A DNA stretch of 42,516 nt from Bacteroidota bacterium (GTDB lineage Bacteria > Bacteroidota > Bacteroidia > Chitinophagales > Chitinophagaceae): contig JANNWD010000122.1 of the NCBI GenBank assembly GCA_031408315.1, positions 1 to 42,516 of the forward strand, written 5' to 3'. Positions within the stretch are counted from its first letter, which is position 1. Each line of letters opens with the position of its first letter. Both the position numbers and the translations under genes were made by a program. Below the pieces are notes generated by a model. It was given only the letters and a program-made list of their open reading frames with translations, made no database searches and was not told the DNA's origin. Below are positions 28,705 to 36,270 of this stretch, piece by piece.

Positions 28705-30330
28705 TTAATGGCTTGAAGAAACAGAATGACTATTGTCAATTTTATATGCTTCTTTAAAACCGTTTAATTGTAAGTGAATGTTTTTTAATGGGGCTTTTAT
28801 GTCCCTAAATTCTTTAATTAATTCCAACACATCAAAATCAATATAATGGGTGTTAGATGCATCAATAACTACTTTTGAATTTTCTGGCATATGATCTAAT
28901 GTTTCTCTTATAGCTGCTTTATTTAAAAAACTTACCTCTTCCGATAAGTCAATAGTAATAGTATCACCATCTTTATGCTTTGCTTTATTAAAATAATAGC
29001 TATTTTTTAAATTGCCGTGTAGTATAGCGCCTCCGGCAGATATTATTCCAGCAAATACCCCAATAATTAATCCTTTACCATTTAAGGCTGGCAATACATT
29101 GATTAAATCGATTGCAATAATTACTACTACTGTAATTATAAATGGAATAAACTGATACTTTCCGTTTTTAAACATTTGAATAAATACCGCAGGCTTTGCC
29201 AGCTTCCAACCTGTAAGTAAAAGGATAGCTGCCAATGCCCCCAAAGGAATTTTATTTAATAAAAAAGGGATTGCTATTGCACTTATTAATAATAAAGATG
29301 CATGAAAAATAGTAGATAATTTTGTTTTTGCACCAGCATTTACATTTGCACTGCTACGTACAATTACACTAGTTATAGGCAGCCCTCCTATTAATCCAGA
29401 GATAGTGTTTCCTACCCCTTGTGCAAACAACTCTCTATTGGTATTAGTTACTCTTCTTTCACCATCTAAATTATCAACAGCTTCTATGCTTAAGAGTGTT
29501 TCTAAACTGGCAATAAGGGCAATAATAAAGCCATACATAATAACAGTACCGTTTGTAAAGCCACTAAAATTGGGTAAGGTAAAAAAACCTAAAAACTCTT
29601 TCGGACTTTTTGCAACAGGTAAATTTACTAAATGCGATTGCTCCGTAATTTGCAATTTGCTACCCATACTTAACCAAATTTGATTGATAACTATTGCAGC
29701 AATTACAGCAACTAATGCACTAGGTACAAAAGGTAGTTTCTTTTTAAGTGGAGATTTATCCCAAAAAATAATTATTAAAATAGATACTATCGTTACAATG
29801 GTAACACCTACTTCAATACTTTGTAAGGGAATTAAAAGTTCGTGCCAATCTTCATTACCAAAAGGAAAAAGCTCTGTAATAACGCCTTTATCATCTCTAT
29901 CTTTTCCAAAAGCATGTGGTATTTGTTTAGCAATAATTAAAATACCAATACTAGTAAGCATTCCTTTTATTACACTGCTAGGTATATAGTTAGCAATACC
30001 ACCCAGTTTTAATGCACCTAAACTAATTTGTATAATACCAGCAATTACTACTGCACATAAAAACATATCAAAATGCTCTATACCACCAATAGCTAAAATT
30101 GCACCAGAAACCAATGTGGCTAAACCTGCCGCAGGACCACTTACACTTAACGGAGAGTTGCTTAAAGCCCCTACAACCAAGCCTCCAATAATACCAGCAA
30201 TTAGCCCACTAAATGGTGTTGCTCCACTAGCAATTGATATGCCTAAACAAAGGGGAAGTGCTACTAAAAATACTACTAAACCTGCAGGTATGTCTTTACC
30301 AGCATTGGCAAATAAACGTTTGTTTGTCAT
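28705..30330 (-). CDS. SulP/SLC26 anion (probably bicarbonate) transporter with short STAS domain
   Basis: VVFLVALPLCLGI, VSGPAAGL, NRELFAQG, TSVIVRSSAN, VSFLNKA; ATG at 30330. Confidence 0.93.
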   Translation of the reverse strand: MTNKRLFANAGKDIPAGLVVFLVALPLCLGISIASGATPFSGLIAGIIGGLVVGALSNSPLSVSGPAAGLATLVSGAILAIGGIEHFDMFLCAVVIAGIIQISLGALKLGGIANYIPSSVIKGMLTSIGILIIAKQIPHAFGKDRDDKGVITELFPFGNEDWHELLIPLQSIEVGVTIVTIVSILIIIFWDKSPLKKKLPFVPSALVAVIAAIVINQIWLSMGSKLQITEQSHLVNLPVAKSPKEFLGFFTLPNFSGFTNGTVIMYGFIIALIASLETLLSIEAVDNLDGERRVTNTNRELFAQGVGNTISGLIGGLPITSVIVRSSANVNAGAKTKLSTIFHASLLLISAIAIPFLLNKIPLGALAAILLLTGWKLAKPAVFIQMFKNGKYQFIPFIITVVVIIAIDLINVLPALNGKGLIIGVFAGIISAGGAILHGNLKNSYYFNKAKHKDGDTITIDLSEEVSFLNKAAIRETLDHMPENSKVVIDASNTHYIDFDVLELIKEFRDIKAPLKNIHLQLNGFKEAYKIDNSHSVSSSH

Positions 30331-30390
30331 AATAAATAAAAAGTATAAAAATAATGTAGATATGCACAAGGCACAAAAAAGAAGTAAAGC

Positions 30391-30690
30391 CTAAACTTTA
30401 TTTGGAGGAATTATGTATTCTACGATGTAGGGGTTTGGCAAAGAATATAAATGTGTAATATAAAATTTTTGAGTTTCTGTTAAACCCAAAGAAGAAGAAA
30501 TTAAGAAATCAATAATAATTTTATCTTTCTTTAAATCATTGTCTTTTTCAATTTCTTTTTCCTCATTATCGTCTTCGGAGTCGTATACTGAAAAAGAGAT
30601 GCTACAGTTATTGGTAAAATCTTTATAAAGTTTTACCAATGAACTGCTAACAAATACAGTTATTAAAAGTAAAGCAAATAGCTTTTTCAT
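30391..30690 (-). CDS. Small leader ORF B (99 aa): signal peptide, acidic/basic tract, C-terminal PPNKV
   Basis: ATG at 30690 lies 6 nt after TATCTTTG; architecture matches ORF 17864-18139. Confidence 0.75.
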   Translation of the reverse strand: MKKLFALLLITVFVSSSLVKLYKDFTNNCSISFSVYDSEDDNEEKEIEKDNDLKKDKIIIDFLISSSLGLTETQKFYITHLYSLPNPYIVEYIIPPNKV

Positions 30691-30696
30691 ATTGCT

Positions 30697-30704
30697 CAAA
30701 GATA
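30697..30704 (-). promoter_or_regulatory. -7 promoter box of the carbon-uptake operon
   Basis: TATCTTTG on the minus strand, perfect TAnnTTTG. Confidence 0.65.
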
Positions 30705-30749
30705 CGATAACAATTGCATATAGGTTTTTAAGAGAACACGGAATGAGGA

Positions 30750-31508
30750 TTATTTCTTCTTAAATTTTGCTATTGCATTTTTTGTAAAATCGCTTAAAAC
30801 CAATCTACCGCTAATTTTTGCTCTTTCAATTAAAAGTTCATCCCATAGGGAAGTGTCTTTCCAAAATATTTTTTTCATTTCGGCCATGGCCTGCGGCGAT
30901 GAATGTGCTAAGGTATTAGATAATCTAAAAATAGACTCATCCATATTTTCAATATTTTCATGTACCTCACTAAATAAGCCTTTTCGCTTTGCCCAATCGC
31001 TATTACGCCACATAGTTGCATCAATGGCTAATGCACTAAAAGCTGCAGTTCCAATTTTACGCTCTACAGCTGGGCCTACCACAAAAGGACCAATACCAAC
31101 GGCTAATTCACTTAATTTAACTTCGGCCTTATCGGTAGCAATAGCATAATCAACTGCTGCAGCCAAGCCTACACCGCCACCAACACACTTACCTTGTATT
31201 CGTCCAATTATAATTTTAGGGCATTTACGCATTGCATTAATTACATGAGCAAAACCACTAAAAAACTGTAACCCTTCAGTTTCGTTTTTTATTGCCATTA
31301 ATTCATCAAAACTTGCACCGCTACAAAAGGTTTTATCGCCACCGCTTTTTAATATAATAACTTTAGTTTCGTTGTGTGTACCAGCAAAGTGAATTTCTTT
31401 TGTTAACTCCTCTAAAATTTTACCTGGCAAGCTGTTGCTTTGCGGATGAAAAAATTCAATAGCGGTAATGCCTTGATGAGTTTCTGATTTTACGTATGCT
31501 GTATCCAT
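30750..31508 (-). CDS. Enoyl-CoA hydratase/isomerase (crotonase) family
   Basis: FCSGAS, GKCVGGG, LSELAVGI; ATG at 31508 lies downstream of TAAATTTG (31527-31534). Confidence 0.9.
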   Translation of the reverse strand: MDTAYVKSETHQGITAIEFFHPQSNSLPGKILEELTKEIHFAGTHNETKVIILKSGGDKTFCSGASFDELMAIKNETEGLQFFSGFAHVINAMRKCPKIIIGRIQGKCVGGGVGLAAAVDYAIATDKAEVKLSELAVGIGPFVVGPAVERKIGTAAFSALAIDATMWRNSDWAKRKGLFSEVHENIENMDESIFRLSNTLAHSSPQAMAEMKKIFWKDTSLWDELLIERAKISGRLVLSDFTKNAIAKFKKK

Positions 31509-31644
31509 ATATTTTATTTTGATAAACAAATTTAAAGATTTGTTTTAAAGAAATTAGACTGTAAAATTATTTAACACAAATTAAAATACCTTGTTGTGGG
31601 TATATATAGGTTATTTGATACCGCTATCTTTATAAAAAAAATAT

Positions 31645-32742
31645 ATGAAAAAAATTATCTTATTCGTTTCTATTATTCTTGTAGGCTTAAGTTTAACTGC
31701 ACAAAAAAATGTGTTTGAAGAAAATTTTAAAAACAATAAAAGTAAATGGTCGTTATCTGCCACAACCACTAAGGATAGTGCTACCCTTAGTGTTGTAAAA
31801 CAACAATTAGTTATTGATAATAAGCAACAAGGGGTAGCTGTTTCCTATAATACAATTTCTAATAAAAAAATTAATATTACTACAGATGAAGAAGTTACAA
31901 TGAGTGTAGCACTTAAGCATGTAGACGGTACCAATTTATCAAGTTATGGCTTTTTATTTGGAGAAAAATTACCCAATAATATATTTAATGGGTTTGAATT
32001 TTCTATAACCGATAACGGTTATTATAAATTATACGCTACCGACAATGGCAAAAGTCTTAAATATAGAGGTTGGACACTGCTTGAAGGTATTAAGAAAGAT
32101 AATGCAGAAAATATATTAACAATAATTAAAAAACGAAACCAATTTCATTTTTTAATAAATGGGCAGTGGTTGTTAAATATTGCTGAAACTAAAATAAATA
32201 TTAATAGTATAGGTGTACTTATTGCTGGTAAACAAAAAGTAGCTTTTTCTGCTATTAAAATAGAAAGTTTTACAAAAATTACTGATAAAAAAGAACAAGA
32301 TAAAATTAACGACCTTACAACCATTGTACAGCAAAGTCAAAATCAATTTATAAACGCTTATGCGTTAAAAAATAGCGATCATAAAAAAGTAACCTGGTTG
32401 CCTTATATGAATGAAGAAAACAAAAACGAAACAATTATTTTTCAACGAGGTTATTTAGAAGCTATTTATGAGGATAATTGGAGTTATGAAAAAACAGTAG
32501 CAGAGGCAAGGGTAAAACAGTACATAAAATATATTGAAAAAGTATTTGGACAGTTTGAAAAAATTGAAAAACCAAATGTGCTTGGTAAAAAAACATTTTG
32601 GCTTAGCAAAAACCCCAAATATGCTGTGGGGACATATATTTTGTTGGATGAATATAGCTTAAGCGATAATTATTACGTAAAATTTGTAGTGGCTACAGAT
32701 AAAAATAAAACGAAAGAAGAAATTGAAAAAATGAGGGATTAA
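31645..32742 (+). CDS. Exported hypothetical protein with beta-sandwich-like N-terminal domain
   Basis: Signal peptide; FEENF...W, YGFLFG, NILTIIK...FLING pattern suggests a ConA-like fold (inference). Confidence 0.7.
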   Translation: MKKIILFVSIILVGLSLTAQKNVFEENFKNNKSKWSLSATTTKDSATLSVVKQQLVIDNKQQGVAVSYNTISNKKINITTDEEVTMSVALKHVDGTNLSSYGFLFGEKLPNNIFNGFEFSITDNGYYKLYATDNGKSLKYRGWTLLEGIKKDNAENILTIIKKRNQFHFLINGQWLLNIAETKININSIGVLIAGKQKVAFSAIKIESFTKITDKKEQDKINDLTTIVQQSQNQFINAYALKNSDHKKVTWLPYMNEENKNETIIFQRGYLEAIYEDNWSYEKTVAEARVKQYIKYIEKVFGQFEKIEKPNVLGKKTFWLSKNPKYAVGTYILLDEYSLSDNYYVKFVVATDKNKTKEEIEKMRD

Positions 32743-32829
32743 GCTAGACTTTTTACTAAATTGAAAACATAAAGGGTAATAGATACAACTTAATAACTTA
32801 TTAGTATACCTTATAAGTATTATTACCCA

Positions 32830-32981
32830 TCAAAAAACGGTAAATATTATACTAATTTAAAAGCAGGAAGTAAGCAAATTATTGTTACCTGCCAAATGTA
32901 TGAAGGCAAAGCTGGAATGGTCAGTGGTTTAGCATTGGTATTAAAAATGCACATAATGCTAATGTTGAGGCAGAAGCCTAA
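32830..32981 (+). pseudogene. Decayed 3' fragment of yegP
   Basis: Translates KNGKYYTNLKAGSKQIIVTCQMYEGKAGMVSGLALVLK/NAHNA, 31/43 aa identical to the C-terminal half of 35888-36214. No start codon; 1-nt deletion near 32943-32947. Confidence 0.85.
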
Positions 32982-33000
32982 ATTATTAATTGTATAGATA

Positions 33001-33034
33001 TTAAAAAGGGTTGTATTTATACAGCCCTCTTTAA
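33001..33034. terminator. Bidirectional intrinsic terminator
   Basis: aaaaagggttgta-ttta-tacagccctcttt hairpin between convergent genes. Confidence 0.75.
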
Positions 33035-33072
33035 TTTTACGATTTAAATTAGTAAAGTAGTTACACCTTATT

Positions 33073-34557
33073 TTAAAACTGAAAATAAATAAATGAACTA
33101 CTGCTTTCTTGGCTCCATATAAGTAAGAGTATCAAAACAGACCAGATTATACCTAAAAGCCACCAGGGCATTTTTTCTGCAACCGTTAACACCATAGTAT
33201 TACGCATCATCCAATGAAAAGCAACCATTAACACTACTATTACTAAAACTTTTATTATACTTAAAGTAGAAAGCAATGCCTCGGCCTTTGGTACAGCATA
33301 AAACATAGAAGTTAACAGATGCCATGCAGATGTAAAATCAGGTGCCCTAAAAAATACCCAGGTTACATTAATGAAGAAAAAGGTGATCATCGCATAAATA
33401 AAATTGCGAAACGTTCTATCCTTAAATTCTTTGGGAATTGCACCAAGCACACCTAGCTCTCCAGAAGGTATTGCAGACAAAGCCGCTGTTTTTGTTTTTA
33501 TGCGAAAGTCTTGTATTATTTTTTCGCCCCACAAATAAGCACCATGTAATGCACCCCAAACAACAAAGGTCCAGTTGGCACCATGCCAAAGGCCACCTAG
33601 TAACATGGTGATCATTAAATTGATGTAGGTTCTAAATTTTCCATTACGGTTTCCGCCAAGCGGAATGTATAAATAATCTCTTAGCCAGGCAGACAAAGTA
33701 ATATGCCATCTTCGCCAAAAATCAGAGAAGCCAATAGCCGCATAAGGGTATAAAAAGTTATGTGGCAAAACAAAGCCTAAACATAAGGCTACACCTACCG
33801 CACAGGTTGAGTAGCCTGCAAAGTCAAAAAATATTTGTCCCGAAAAAGCCAATACCCCAGTCCATGCATCCAATGTTTGTAAAATTGCTTTTGAATTAAA
33901 CACATCATTGGCAGATTGGGCCAGCATACTATCGGCTAAAACTACTTTCATAAATAGCCCAAGGCTTATCAACAATAAGCCCTGCATTAATTGTTGTTGC
34001 GATGCCTTACGAGGCGTTTCAAACTGCGGCACTAGTTGTGGCGGACGAACAATTGGCCCAGCAACCAAGTGAGGAAAAAAGGTTACAAAAAGAGAAAAAT
34101 CTAACAGGGATTTAACCGGCTCACTTTTCTTTTTATACATATCAATGGTATAACAAAGTGTTGTAAATGTATAGAACGAAATACCGGCAGGCAAAATAAT
34201 ATTTGGTTTTGCAGGATGAAAATCCATGCCAAAAACATTAACCAATTGTGTAAAATTTTCCAGCAAAAAAGTTCCGTACTTAAAAAAACAAAGCATACCC
34301 AAATTGCCAATAAGGCTTACTACCAATAATATTTTTCGCTTGTGTTTATTCTCTTGATTGTACAATGCCCGGCCTACAAAATAATCAACCACGGTAGAAA
34401 GCCAAAGCAATAATATAAATGGAGGGTTCCAGGCAGCATAAAAAATATAACTGGCCAATAAGAGATTTATCTTTTTTACTTTCCAACTAAAAGGCAGGTT
34501 ATGCAAAATGAGCATAACAATAAAAAAGGCAACAAATGTTAAGGAGTTAAATACCAT
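33073..34557 (-). CDS. MBOAT O-acyltransferase (AlgI/DltB-like)
   Basis: GISFYTF, FPHLVAGPI, DFAGYS, FWRRWHITLS, GLWHGA, FIYFQF. Confidence 0.93.
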   Translation of the reverse strand: MVFNSLTFVAFFIVMLILHNLPFSWKVKKINLLLASYIFYAAWNPPFILLLWLSTVVDYFVGRALYNQENKHKRKILLVVSLIGNLGMLCFFKYGTFLLENFTQLVNVFGMDFHPAKPNIILPAGISFYTFTTLCYTIDMYKKKSEPVKSLLDFSLFVTFFPHLVAGPIVRPPQLVPQFETPRKASQQQLMQGLLLISLGLFMKVVLADSMLAQSANDVFNSKAILQTLDAWTGVLAFSGQIFFDFAGYSTCAVGVALCLGFVLPHNFLYPYAAIGFSDFWRRWHITLSAWLRDYLYIPLGGNRNGKFRTYINLMITMLLGGLWHGANWTFVVWGALHGAYLWGEKIIQDFRIKTKTAALSAIPSGELGVLGAIPKEFKDRTFRNFIYAMITFFFINVTWVFFRAPDFTSAWHLLTSMFYAVPKAEALLSTLSIIKVLVIVVLMVAFHWMMRNTMVLTVAEKMPWWLLGIIWSVLILLLIWSQESSSSFIYFQF

Positions 34558-34581
34558 AATAAAGTTAGTTAATGGTTAAAA

Positions 34582-35634
34582 TTATTTTACAGGTGCAGGT
34601 AGCGTAGGAAAAAACCATCCTTTATCTTGGTTTAATATCCGTATAAATTCTTTGGTAAATACAACCGCATCGATTTGGCTTAAATGCGAAAATTCCGGAC
34701 AAGTAAAATTTGAAATTGCAGGGTAATCTTCAAAATGTATTCCCGGGCTTTTGGTGGTAGATAATAAGCGATCCCAATATTTTTCTCTAGCAAAAACTTT
34801 GCTTTCTCCCATGTGGTAATAAGGGCCGCTTGAGGGCGTACGTACAAAAATAACCTTGCCGCCCCTTTCCCTAATTTTATCTACAAAAGTTTTTACACTG
34901 TTGAGAATAGAATCAAGCTTTGCTCCACTTGCTGGAGGCTCTTTACTCATTTTTATAAAACTTGCCCAAATAGCTTTTACTTTATTTTGCAAAATAGTAT
35001 CTGATGAAAATTTATCAGTCATATATTCCTGCCTGTTAAATTTTACCCTACCAAAATCAGATGGGAAACCATGAAAATTATATACTCCCGGCCTGTCTTT
35101 AATAGAAAAGTTATCTAAACAACCGTTTAAGGAAAGCCAATCTTTGTCTAAAAAAACAAATTGAGATTCTAGCAGGCTATTTATATAAAAACCTGCCCTT
35201 TGTGCTGGAGTTCGTTCTTTAAAATATTTCATATTTTCGGTGGGCCTAAAATTATTATTTGGAGAAGTGGAAAAAAATAAACCTTCGGTTACATCCACAA
35301 TCAATTTCCCTTTAAACTTGTTGTCATTGGCTAGGTTTTCCAGTATTGGTATAGGGTTGCTTCCTACACAGGCTAATTGTACAGGGTTATCACCAGTAAT
35401 ATTTTTCCAGGTAACAATATCCAAATCAAATTTTATACGAGACGACCCAATGAAAACGGTTGAACTCTCTGCTGATTCATAAACCTTATCTCTTTGATTA
35501 GTCCACAAGGCTGGATCGTCATTAAAGGTGGTTTCAAAACCCTTGGATCTAAGGTAAAACTCCCAGCCGATTACAACTATTGTAGTTAAAATAACTGCAA
35601 AGACGCCAGCTTTTTTTAAAGAAAAATTATTCAT
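34582..35634 (-). CDS. Membrane-anchored SGNH-like partner of the MBOAT (AlgJ/DltD-like)
   Basis: N-terminal TM, FIGSSR block and C-terminal EFSHL; co-oriented with the MBOAT gene. Confidence 0.65.
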   Translation of the reverse strand: MNNFSLKKAGVFAVILTTIVVIGWEFYLRSKGFETTFNDDPALWTNQRDKVYESAESSTVFIGSSRIKFDLDIVTWKNITGDNPVQLACVGSNPIPILENLANDNKFKGKLIVDVTEGLFFSTSPNNNFRPTENMKYFKERTPAQRAGFYINSLLESQFVFLDKDWLSLNGCLDNFSIKDRPGVYNFHGFPSDFGRVKFNRQEYMTDKFSSDTILQNKVKAIWASFIKMSKEPPASGAKLDSILNSVKTFVDKIRERGGKVIFVRTPSSGPYYHMGESKVFAREKYWDRLLSTTKSPGIHFEDYPAISNFTCPEFSHLSQIDAVVFTKEFIRILNQDKGWFFPTLPAPVK

Positions 35635-35887
35635 TTTATCTATATTAATGAAAAAAAATTAAGACTTTACTGAGCTATAAATTATACGGCAGGCTAATAC
35701 AAATAGAATTGGAAAAAAAGGTTGTTGCTTTAAAGATAATACCTACAAATGAAAGCACATAGCAAAAAGCGTAAAAATGTGTAAAGAAAGAGTTGAATGA
35801 TAAAATATAAAATAATTGGTTAAGCATACAACTCAATAATTTTTATTGCATCTTAGTATATATAATTAATCATCTAAAAAACACAAA

Positions 35888-36214
35888 ATGGGAAAGTTTG
35901 TAATTTCTACCAGAGCCAATGGCGAATATCAATTTAATTTAAAAGCCGATAATGGACAAACCATTTTAAGCAGCGAGGGTTATAGCACTAAAGCTGCATG
36001 CTCAAATGGAATTGAATCGGTTAAAAAAAATTCGCAAGACAGTACTAATTTTGAACGCCTAGTTGCTAAAAATGGCAAACATTATTTTAATTTAAAGGCA
36101 GGTAATGGTCAAATAGTTGGTACAAGCCAAATGTATGAAAGCGAAGATGGGATGGTTAATGGCTTGGCATCGGTGCTAAAAAATGCACATAATGCTGAGT
36201 TGGTGGAAGAATAA
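35888..36214 (+). CDS. yegP: YegP family protein (tandem DUF1508)
   Basis: Two repeats, FNLKADNGQTILSSEGY and FNLKAGNGQIVGTSQMY. Confidence 0.9.
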   Translation: MGKFVISTRANGEYQFNLKADNGQTILSSEGYSTKAACSNGIESVKKNSQDSTNFERLVAKNGKHYFNLKAGNGQIVGTSQMYESEDGMVNGLASVLKNAHNAELVEE

Positions 36215-36234
36215 ATATTTTGATGTAGATGTTT

Positions 36235-36270
36235 ATAAAGGGTTGCCTTAATAGCAACCCTTTATTTTTT
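36235..36270. terminator. Bidirectional intrinsic terminator between yegP and paaZ
   Basis: Perfect 12-bp stem ataaagggttgc/gcaaccctttat followed by a T run. Confidence 0.85.

Noticed and set aside
33420-33490. MBOAT loop SAIPSGELGVLGAIP resembling the REP-derived peptides
   Set aside because: No convincing hairpin and only weak DNA similarity to the rlmD arm.
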